Positions 1 through 7,818 of a DNA stretch of 32,000 nucleotides are shown here, in pieces (within the stretch, counting starts at the first letter, position 1; every line of letters begins with the position of its first letter). The stretch is taken from the NCBI RefSeq assembly GCF_000092105.1, contig NC_014148.1, positions 1,260,001-1,292,000 on the forward strand, written 5' to 3'. Both the position numbers and the translations under genes were made by a program. The stretch is from Planctopirus limnophila DSM 3776 (lineage in GTDB: Bacteria; Planctomycetota; Planctomycetia; Planctomycetales; Planctomycetaceae). Below the pieces are notes generated by a model that saw only the letters and a program-made list of their open reading frames with translations, ran no database searches and was not told the DNA's origin.

Positions 1-24
1 CTCCATTCCGCTCGTGCTCGTTGG

Positions 25-426
25 ATGACCGGTGCATTCCTCCTGTTGGCCTTGGCCCTGACCGAGGGGATCTATTACCGCGCTACGACAGCTGCGGATA
101 AGGAAGACCAGTCATTGAGTGTCTTCATGCGGAAGAAACTCGATGCGTCATCGAAGATTCTGGAGGGGATTACCACTGAAGATTCTCAGCTTGTGGTGCA
201 GGGGGCGGATGCGTTGCTCGCGATGAGTAAAACCGAGATCTGGAATGTCCTCCTCGACCAGGACTATCGGGACTTCAATACGGAATTCCGTGGGTCAGTC
301 CGCAAATTGCGGGATGCCGCCGAAAAGGGAAATTTCGACAATGCCACCTTGCAATGGATGGATGCGGTGAAGTCATGCGTCGAGTGTCACAAATACGTAC
401 GGAGCCAGCGCCCTGTTGTGAAATAG
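25..426 (+). CDS. Class II cytochrome c-like protein (cytochrome c'/c-556 type four-helix-bundle haem protein), exported
   Basis: A hydrophobic N-terminus is followed by about 100 aa of helical-looking sequence. A single CxxCH haem-binding motif (CVECH) sits about 15 aa from the C-terminus, the hallmark position for class II cytochromes c. The frame is open back to base 1, so the true start may lie upstream of the window. Confidence 0.6.
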   Translation: MTGAFLLLALALTEGIYYRATTAADKEDQSLSVFMRKKLDASSKILEGITTEDSQLVVQGADALLAMSKTEIWNVLLDQDYRDFNTEFRGSVRKLRDAAEKGNFDNATLQWMDAVKSCVECHKYVRSQRPVVK

Positions 427-497
427 AGTTGGTCAGAAGTAATGTCGGCGAGTCTGGAACTGCGGTGAGTCCCGAGGTCATCCCTCGCTTTGCGCCC

Positions 498-523
498 CCG
501 GTTGAAATTCCGATTTCGACCGG
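498..523 (+). terminator. Hairpin downstream of the cytochrome c-like gene
   Basis: CCGGTTGAAAT-TCCG-ATTTCGACCGG forms an 11-bp stem with one G-U pair as RNA. It lies about 70 nt after the stop at 426, and no U-run follows. Confidence 0.25.
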
Positions 524-1041
524 CGTGGCGAAGCCATTGCAGGGCTCTACCCCCTCGTAACATTCGACCCATTTGCTGGGCCGCGCAACTCAACTGGAGA
601 GTCGCTCAGTCGGCATCAAACGACCACCACCGCTCCGCAGTCGCCACTCAGTCACAGCATCGTCGGCAAGCTTCAGCTGCTGATTTCTAGCGTCGGACTG
701 GTCGTCATTTCCTCACTTCTCCTCCCCCCGTCGCCATTTCTCTTCCTACTCAGGCCCCACTCTCCAATTCTCTCCCGGAGGGCGGCACCATTCTCAGCCG
801 GGCTCGGTCATCGATCTCCCCAAAAATTCGGCTCCACATCCTCCCCAAGCCACTTCATTTGGAGTGGGCGACACGTCAGCCATTCGCTTGAGCTGACATT
901 TAGTATTATGTTGCAGAATTACACTTGATTTCACTGACCATGGCGCGCATGTATACAGTGTACTGAAAATACTAACAACAGATATTAGACGAATAAAATA
1001 CTGCACATATTTGCATTTTTCCTGTGTAAACATCGGTAGAC

Positions 1042-1791
1042 ATGTCTGTTTGGGGAAGCAAGATGACATTGACGCAACGAGGGATGGCCCGCTGCTACGC
1101 CGGCCTGATTTTTGCAATCTTGCCTGGACTCGGAAGTGTGGCGCAGGCTGAGATTCCCAGTCTCATTCAGCGACAACCGGCCAGCATCCAGCAGGCGTGG
1201 ATTGAGGTCGAAAAAGTCGTCAACGAGAACGAAAAACTGCCACAACCACTACCAGAACCTTATTTGGCTCGGGGGGATTTGTGGAGTCGAGTTGGCAGTC
1301 ACGAAGATGCGCTCTCCGATTATCTCAAGGCCACAGAGCTCTTCTTCCAGGGCTCGCCCACACCCAGCGAACGGGCTCGGTACCTCTCACAGTTGCAGCG
1401 GGCCCTGGATGCGGTTGTCCAGCAACCCAAACCTCGTTACCCCAATGAGGCTGCGTCTGAATACTCACAAGGACTTTTGGCAAGTCGAAGTGGTGAACAC
1501 ACCATGGCGGAGTCCCACTTTGCTGAAGCTTGTCGCCTGATGCCAGAAGTGCCTCTCTATCGGGTGTATCGTGCTCTCGCCTTGCGCGAACTCGGCCGGA
1601 ATGAAGAGGCCCATCGACAAGTGGCGGCTGCCCTGAGCCTGATCCGCGAGAGCCCACTGGGTGCATCAGCAGAGATGCAGTTGCTCCATCGCGGATTGGA
1701 ACACATTCAAGGTCCGTCACGTCTGTGGCTCTCCCGCGAACTTGAATTGATCAGTAAATCGCCAGCCACGAAGCCGGGCGCAGCTCACTAA
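1042..1791 (+). CDS. Exported TPR-repeat protein
   Basis: Signal-peptide-like N-terminus (AGLIFAILPGLGSVAQA|E). TPR-like helical pairs are present (ARGDLWSRVGSHEDALSDYLKA, AESHFAEACRLMPE, YRALALRELGRNEEAHRQV). In-frame ATGs at 1063 and 1084 are alternative starts. First gene of a co-directional cluster. Confidence 0.7.
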   Translation: MSVWGSKMTLTQRGMARCYAGLIFAILPGLGSVAQAEIPSLIQRQPASIQQAWIEVEKVVNENEKLPQPLPEPYLARGDLWSRVGSHEDALSDYLKATELFFQGSPTPSERARYLSQLQRALDAVVQQPKPRYPNEAASEYSQGLLASRSGEHTMAESHFAEACRLMPEVPLYRVYRALALRELGRNEEAHRQVAAALSLIRESPLGASAEMQLLHRGLEHIQGPSRLWLSRELELISKSPATKPGAAH

Positions 1792-1867
1792 TCCAATCCC
1801 GACATGCGTTGACCGAACGGCCGAGGATGGGCCGTCGAGCCAGATCGACAGGGATGCTTCACCCGCC

Positions 1868-4696
1868 ATGCTAGAGGCTACTCTCGTGAAATTACTTCTC
1901 GGTCGAATTCATCGATACGGACAACCTGTATTTTGGGTGCATTGCCTCGCGCAGGTTGCCGTCTATGCACAGGTTTCTGTCAACGCCACAGCGGCCGAAC
2001 CTCCGGTTTCCTCTCTGTTGAAGGAATCTTCACAGCGTTTGGCGACCGCTCGTGCAGAAGTCGAAAGCTCGCCGGATATCGCACCGCGTGTCCGAAAAAT
2101 GACCTGGCAACTGCTCGTCGGCGAATTGGCTGGCGATGACAGCGTCGGATTGTCCAGTGGTTCGTTTGACGAACTCACTCAAGGACTCAAAGACCTCGAC
2201 CAGTTAATGGCAGAGTTGAAAGCTCAGCCGGAACTCGAACGCGACTTGACGAAGCATTTGCAGCTCACCATGCGATTCGATGCCATGCAGGCGCGCCACG
2301 CAGAATTAGAGAAACAGCGTGAGGTCAGCCGGGCAGATGAGCTGCAGCGTCTGAGCCAGCTTCGGGAGATCAATCGTTCCTACCGCAACCTCGTGCAAAA
2401 CCTGATGCGGCTGCAGACATCACAAATCCTGGGTCAGTCACGGGATGTTGCCAGCCTCGGCGACGATTCGACAAAGCTGATGGCCGACATCGAGAAAGTT
2501 GTGGGGCAGCGACGAGACTTCTACCTCTTTCAGGACGAACCGGCACTGGGAGCCGCCGGGGATAGCGAGTTGAAGCTGGTACGCGAGTTGGATCAACCGC
2601 TGACTGGCGACGTCCGCCGACACCAACTCGCCCTGCAAGCCTACACACTGGCCCAACTGGCCCAGCCCACAACGACCAATTCTCGCGAGAAGCTGGAGTT
2701 GGCGAAGAGCCTGGCCGAAGCTTCACTCGCAGATTCGAATGCGCCCAACGTCCTCGGGCACTGGGCACTGGCCATGGCCAGTCGCGAGCTTGGTCGTCTG
2801 GAAACGATCGTCGCACCTTGGGATCGGGTCGCTCATGAACGGGCCGCAGTTCGATTTGGCCGTGCCAGGCAAAGTCTGATCACCGCCAGGGCACAGATTC
2901 CAGAGGATTCCCAGGAAGCGACATGGATCCAGGAAGTCGATCGACAATTGACAGAACTGACATCACCCGACGCCGCGTTGCAGCAGGCGATGGCTCGGCT
3001 GGTGGCTGGTCAGCCAAACGAAGCGGTGGCGCTGGTCGAAAGATGTGCCACGCTGCATCGCACGCCGCAGGTGGCGGCATTACTCACCGATTGCAAAAGA
3101 TTCGCAGGAGCCGCGCCGTCAGAGATGGATCAACTGACGGATCAGTTATGGGCCAGTCAACTCTGGACGGATGAAGACGATGCCGCCCGGTTGGTTCGCG
3201 GCCGACAGGGTGTCCTTGGCCTCTGGCGTCAACTCTCTGACGAAGGGCAGTCTCAGCGAAATGAGGATTGGCTTCGTACTTTCTCGATACGACTCGACGC
3301 AGCCCTTGCAGACCTGGCATTTGCCGCGAAGTCCGAAAGCTCACAGACGCGACGCATTGCGGAGTGCCATCGTTCGCTGGCGGCTGCCATGCAGTTGTTG
3401 CACAAGCCAGCTTCCAATCCCGAGTTCGCTCGGATGCAGTTAGAGAGTGTCCCCTTGGCTATTGCCGAGTTGGAACAAGACCTCGATCGTGCCCCGCTGC
3501 TCGAACAGTGGATTCGACGCGAGGCGGTGATTGCTGGACGCCTGGCTCAGGGGTACCTGGCGCTCCGGTTGTTGCCCGAATATCAATCGACTGCACCCCG
3601 TGCGTTTTCCAGTGCGGCTGATGCGCTGGCACTGGCTCCTACCGGAATGATGATGCCGCGAGTGCTGGGCACTCCAGTGTTGCAATCACTGTCGGGGCGG
3701 GCCGATGGTGCTGATGCCCGTTTAGCTCAGGAAGAGCAACTGGTAAGGCGTTCTTTGCAACGCCTGCTGCCCGCTGTGGCGGCGATGCAGCTCACACCCT
3801 CCGCAGCGATGGCGACCAATCTGAGCCAGGTCGCTCGCGATCTGGAGGCCCCCGCCGGCAGTATCGACTCTCGCTCCGAACTCGATCCACGCGAGAAGGG
3901 CAACGCCCGCATGACCGCCGCCAGTGAAGTTCGTACCGCCACAGTCATGGCGTTCCTCGCGGCCAACGAACCTGCCGCCGCACTTCGCGAATCGCTGATT
4001 CCCTGGCGCGCCGACTTGAAATTAGAGGATTTGCCTTCGCTCGATGTGAAGTCAATCCGCGAGAGCCTCCTGGACGAGAGCGATCCCGTCCGTAAATCAA
4101 TCGCGGGACTGGCCATCGAAGAGTACGCCGCCTCGATGGTGACGCCGTCCGACAATCGGCTATCGCGTGAGTGGTTGGCGCTCGCAAAGGAACTGCAGCA
4201 GAGCGCCATGCAGCAGTTCGCCGACTCGTCGATCCTGCCGAAGACACATCCGACTGAGGTCGAACTGAACCGCCGGGCCGTTCAGCGATTGACTGATCCT
4301 GAGTTCTATCTCACCCAGTCGCGTAAGCTGGTTTCCGAACTGAGGTTGAACGACGCCCGCGAGTTGCTCGAAGCCGGGAGCCGTCGTCATCCCGATTCGA
4401 TTCCGCTGCGCGAGGCACTCGTTCAAACCCTGATCGATGAGGCCGATCTGCGCCCCGATCAGTCGGCTGAACTCATGGCCCGGGCCATCGAACAACTCAA
4501 AGTTCTGACGGCCAATCCCTCACAGGGCTCTCTGGGCTCTGAATTGAAACTCGCCGAATTGTTTGAACGGGTTCAGAACGAGGCTGGAGCCCAATTGTTG
4601 TACCGGCAGGTGGTGAAACGGGCGACCGATCCCCGTCAGCAGTTGCTTGCCCGCTCTCGTCTGGCCGTGTTGCAAGTCCGAGCCGTGGCTCCTTGA
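1868..4696 (+). CDS. Large (942 aa) exported all-alpha / TPR-like scaffold protein, function unknown
   Basis: Long uninterrupted ORF with an ATG start and a hydrophobic N-terminal segment (VFWVHCLAQVAVYAQV). The composition is Leu/Ala/Glu/Arg/Gln-rich and helix-forming throughout, with TPR-like repeats near the C-terminus. No catalytic motif was seen. Overlapping ORFs in other frames are shorter and low-complexity. Confidence 0.75.
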   Translation: MLEATLVKLLLGRIHRYGQPVFWVHCLAQVAVYAQVSVNATAAEPPVSSLLKESSQRLATARAEVESSPDIAPRVRKMTWQLLVGELAGDDSVGLSSGSFDELTQGLKDLDQLMAELKAQPELERDLTKHLQLTMRFDAMQARHAELEKQREVSRADELQRLSQLREINRSYRNLVQNLMRLQTSQILGQSRDVASLGDDSTKLMADIEKVVGQRRDFYLFQDEPALGAAGDSELKLVRELDQPLTGDVRRHQLALQAYTLAQLAQPTTTNSREKLELAKSLAEASLADSNAPNVLGHWALAMASRELGRLETIVAPWDRVAHERAAVRFGRARQSLITARAQIPEDSQEATWIQEVDRQLTELTSPDAALQQAMARLVAGQPNEAVALVERCATLHRTPQVAALLTDCKRFAGAAPSEMDQLTDQLWASQLWTDEDDAARLVRGRQGVLGLWRQLSDEGQSQRNEDWLRTFSIRLDAALADLAFAAKSESSQTRRIAECHRSLAAAMQLLHKPASNPEFARMQLESVPLAIAELEQDLDRAPLLEQWIRREAVIAGRLAQGYLALRLLPEYQSTAPRAFSSAADALALAPTGMMMPRVLGTPVLQSLSGRADGADARLAQEEQLVRRSLQRLLPAVAAMQLTPSAAMATNLSQVARDLEAPAGSIDSRSELDPREKGNARMTAASEVRTATVMAFLAANEPAAALRESLIPWRADLKLEDLPSLDVKSIRESLLDESDPVRKSIAGLAIEEYAASMVTPSDNRLSREWLALAKELQQSAMQQFADSSILPKTHPTEVELNRRAVQRLTDPEFYLTQSRKLVSELRLNDARELLEAGSRRHPDSIPLREALVQTLIDEADLRPDQSAELMARAIEQLKVLTANPSQGSLGSELKLAELFERVQNEAGAQLLYRQVVKRATDPRQQLLARSRLAVLQVRAVAP

Positions 4697-4797
4697 TCCC
4701 TCCCGATACTTCGACAATTGAACCGTCGGAATGATCCCGTGATGGCTACCTCCCAGGCCGGTTTCCCTTCGCCACGTTTCTTTCCAGGAGATAAACA

Positions 4798-6885
4798 ATG
4801 CCAATCCGATTAAATCGCCGCGAAACCTGGCTCAACACCGCAAAAGTGCTCCTTGGGCTCTTCGTGCTGATCGCCACTGGTGACCTCACTGCCAGCGCGG
4901 CCGATAAGAAGTCACTGATCTACGTGAAGGACAAGAACGGCCACACGACATCACTCCTTCAAAAGGTCGTCGTGACGAGCGGCAAGGCGACACTTGCCAG
5001 TTCACCGAAGGAACCGGGCGAACCGATCGAGCCGTGGGCGATTTTCTTCCGTATCAAAAACGAAGACGGCTCCACCAAAGCGGTCAATGGCCGCGTGCGT
5101 GTGGGCGATTCCGAAGGCAATCCTCTCGGCTGGATTGGCGAACAGGACGTGCGTGAGTGGGATACCCGGTTCGTCCTCGAACCGATTGACCCTCAGAAGG
5201 AACGCGCCTTCGAGTTGAACGTGACGGGCGGCGGCACAGCCCGCCAGAATGCGACGCCGGAAGGCAAACGCCGCTACGCCTTGATCACGCAAACTCCCGC
5301 CGCTGAAAAGGGAGACGACACGGAGTATCCGGTGGTCGTTTATGCGGGCAACGTGCAGGGTGTCGGTCAGCAGGGAACCTTGAACAAACAGCGGAACGAT
5401 TTAGAAAACGTCAAACTGGAACTGATGTTCGTCATCGAATCGACCGACTTCATGGTCGAGAAATACGACAATCGCCCGCTGTTCGACTATCTCAAGGATG
5501 CGATTCGCGAAACGGTCGATGTCATCCGCGAGGACAGTGGCCTGAAGGGCGCGATCAAACTGGGCTTTACCGAGTACCAGGACAATGTGCCGAAGGCAAA
5601 TTTCACCAGTCGCCTTACGTGCGACCTGACGGACAACTACGACCAGTTTCTTTCACGCTTGGACGTTTTGGCCGCAACCGAACTCAAGGACGATTTTCCG
5701 GATGATGGGCTTGCGGGGCTCAATGAAGCCGTTCAGAAAGCCACTTGGTCCGGCAATAGCGTGAAGCATGTGATTCTCCTAGGGTCAGCTTCATTCCAGC
5801 TTAGCGAACGTGGCCGAAATCCTCCGCAATCCGGAGGACGAATGAATTTGCTCGAACCCAAAACTCGCGGTTACAACAGCACCGGACTCTCTGTACCCCA
5901 ACTGATTAGCCGCGCGCGTCCGCAAGGGGGATCCGACTCCCGAGCACGAATCACTAAAACTTTACATGCCATGTTGCTTGGGCGGGATGTGATCAGAGAT
6001 CTGAAACTTGATGATGATCTGTTGCAACTATGTGAGACGATTGCCAATTCCAGTGATGATGGACTTGAACCGATTTTCACGATGCTCACGAATAGATTGG
6101 GCAAGGAGGCGGGAGTCAAAACGCTCGTTCTCCTTCACACAATCCAAGTCATCAAGAATCAGCGACAGTTAGCAGAGTCACAATACGGCCAACTCGCCAA
6201 AAACAATGGCGAAGCGGATGGCATCTACATGGCCGTCGAGCCCAGTGGCGCGAAGGTGACTGAGGCGGCCCGCGCACTATCGGCCAAGTTGAAGGAATCA
6301 TTCGTGGCGCTGGAGAGCGTGCGCGAAGGGAAAGGCTTGCCAGCTGCCTCAACCAACGAAATCTCGCAGCCACTCTACACACTCGTCGGAGCGGCGGCCG
6401 AGAAATTCAAGGACTCACCCGTATTAACCGGAACAGCCACCGTGCGCGATAAGCGGGGACGTGAAGTCGCCTTCAAGAAGGTCATGGTCTCCGAGCAGGA
6501 GTTGCGCCACGTGAAGAGTACCCTCGACGCCCTCTTCACAAAATTCAAATCGAAGAGCAGCAAGGCCGATCGACAGGACGTCGGCAGTATTCTCAACGAT
6601 TTGAAAGAGGTCCTCGCCGAAGCCGGTGCCGGGCAGGAATTGACGGCCGAGGTTAAGCTCAAGGATTTGATCTCGGACCTGCCGCTCAAGACCGCAGCAC
6701 TCGACACCTCTCCGGCAGACTTGGCCCTCATGACGACCGAGGCCTTCAAACAATGGCTCGAACGGATCGAAGCAGCCGTCTTCCGTATTGACGATCTGCT
6801 CACCAGCAAACAGGACTGGCTGACACTTTCGGAAAAAGCGGTCAATGAAAAGTTTACGTTTCTGCGACTCAGCGAACTTCCCTGA
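4798..6885 (+). CDS. Secreted vWA-like domain protein with a degenerate MIDAS
   Basis: AGGAG lies 7 nt upstream of the ATG, and the signal peptide reads LFVLIATGDLTASA|AD. The central region follows the von Willebrand A strand/helix pattern (LELMFVIESTDFM ... IKLGFTEYQD ... DDGLAGLNEAVQKA ... KHVILLGSAS). The DxSxS metal site is replaced by ESTDF. The C-terminal region is helical. Confidence 0.8.
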   Translation: MPIRLNRRETWLNTAKVLLGLFVLIATGDLTASAADKKSLIYVKDKNGHTTSLLQKVVVTSGKATLASSPKEPGEPIEPWAIFFRIKNEDGSTKAVNGRVRVGDSEGNPLGWIGEQDVREWDTRFVLEPIDPQKERAFELNVTGGGTARQNATPEGKRRYALITQTPAAEKGDDTEYPVVVYAGNVQGVGQQGTLNKQRNDLENVKLELMFVIESTDFMVEKYDNRPLFDYLKDAIRETVDVIREDSGLKGAIKLGFTEYQDNVPKANFTSRLTCDLTDNYDQFLSRLDVLAATELKDDFPDDGLAGLNEAVQKATWSGNSVKHVILLGSASFQLSERGRNPPQSGGRMNLLEPKTRGYNSTGLSVPQLISRARPQGGSDSRARITKTLHAMLLGRDVIRDLKLDDDLLQLCETIANSSDDGLEPIFTMLTNRLGKEAGVKTLVLLHTIQVIKNQRQLAESQYGQLAKNNGEADGIYMAVEPSGAKVTEAARALSAKLKESFVALESVREGKGLPAASTNEISQPLYTLVGAAAEKFKDSPVLTGTATVRDKRGREVAFKKVMVSEQELRHVKSTLDALFTKFKSKSSKADRQDVGSILNDLKEVLAEAGAGQELTAEVKLKDLISDLPLKTAALDTSPADLALMTTEAFKQWLERIEAAVFRIDDLLTSKQDWLTLSEKAVNEKFTFLRLSELP

Positions 6886-6921
6886 CCACCATCTTGACGA
6901 AGCAATCAGACGGGCCAATCC

Positions 6922-7818
6922 ATGCACAATCACTCAACCAATGAACGACAGTTCGAGTCTCCGCCCGAGATCGTGCTCGAACTCGACGGCCTTGAACAGC
7001 GGCTGTACGATCCCGAACGGGGTGAGGAATTCACCGTACGGGTCTCTCAACCACTGCGCATTGCCAGCCGCAATCTGGTTGCGCTGCTCGGTCCCAGTGG
7101 CTGCGGCAAGACAACTCTGCTGACAATTCTTGGTCTGTTACGAGCTCCGTCCCATCCACAGACATTACGCCGTTTCGTCATGCGTACGCCCAACCCCAAC
7201 GGGTTCTGGGAGGAACACGACCTGCGTTCGCTCTGGCTGAGTGGAGCACAGCGGAGCATCGAACGCTTGCGGCGTCAACGGATCGGCTTCGCGTTACAAA
7301 GTGGCGAACTCCTCCCTGCGCTCACAGTCCGCGAAAATATCGCCACGCCTTTGATGCTCAACGGTGTCACGTCAGCCGTCTGCCGCACTCGGGTCGATGA
7401 ATTGCTCGAATCGTTCGCACTGAACGGGGCACCACGAGCCAATGGGAAAGGTCGGCGGATTGATCAATCGCGGATCAACAAGTTATCGGGCGGAGAGTAC
7501 CAGCGCGTCGCTCTCGCCCGGGCCATCGTCCACCGTCCCACACTGCTCTATGTCGATGAACCGACAAGTGCTCTGAACCGGGACCTGGCCTGGGGAGCCT
7601 TGCAGCAGGTGCGGTCGCTCCAGTGTAGCCCCAACTCACACGGGGCAGCCGTGATGATCACGCATGACGAACAACTCGCCGCCGCCTTTGCTGACATGAT
7701 CGTGCGGATGGCTCCCGTCCCCGGTCAATCAGCCGGCGAGGTGGTCGAGATCGTTGCGAATGTACCCTCCGCGGCCGCAGAAGTGCCGGAAACAACCCTC
7801 ACGGAGTCTGCAACATGA
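6922..7818 (+). CDS. ABC transporter ATP-binding protein (MacB/LolD/FtsE-like subfamily)
   Basis: Walker A GPSGCGKTT, Q-loop region IGFALQSGELLP, ABC signature LSGGEYQRVALARA, Walker B LLYVDEPTSAL and H-loop VMITHD are all present. The stop overlaps the next gene's start (ATGA). Confidence 0.93.
   Translation: MHNHSTNERQFESPPEIVLELDGLEQRLYDPERGEEFTVRVSQPLRIASRNLVALLGPSGCGKTTLLTILGLLRAPSHPQTLRRFVMRTPNPNGFWEEHDLRSLWLSGAQRSIERLRRQRIGFALQSGELLPALTVRENIATPLMLNGVTSAVCRTRVDELLESFALNGAPRANGKGRRIDQSRINKLSGGEYQRVALARAIVHRPTLLYVDEPTSALNRDLAWGALQQVRSLQCSPNSHGAAVMITHDEQLAAAFADMIVRMAPVPGQSAGEVVEIVANVPSAAAEVPETTLTESAT

Noticed and set aside
3727-4209. Long antisense or alternative-frame ORFs inside large genes, for example 3727-4209 -, 2370-2816 -, 6375-6905 -, 6424-6933 -, 9473-9988 -, 9278-9727 +, 18436-18999 +, 18617-19315 +, 19660-20202 +, 22518-23174 +, 30288-31145 +
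   Set aside because: These are typical shadow ORFs of GC-rich DNA. Their translations are Arg/Ser/Pro/Ala-rich and low-complexity. They are fully overlapped by ORFs with clear family motifs and have no start-site context.
6940-6960. tRNA T-loop-like GTTCGAGTC
   Set aside because: No complementary T-stem, acceptor stem or anticodon arm is present. The sequence is within the first 15 codons of the ABC ATPase gene. No other tRNA-like T-loop was seen in the window.
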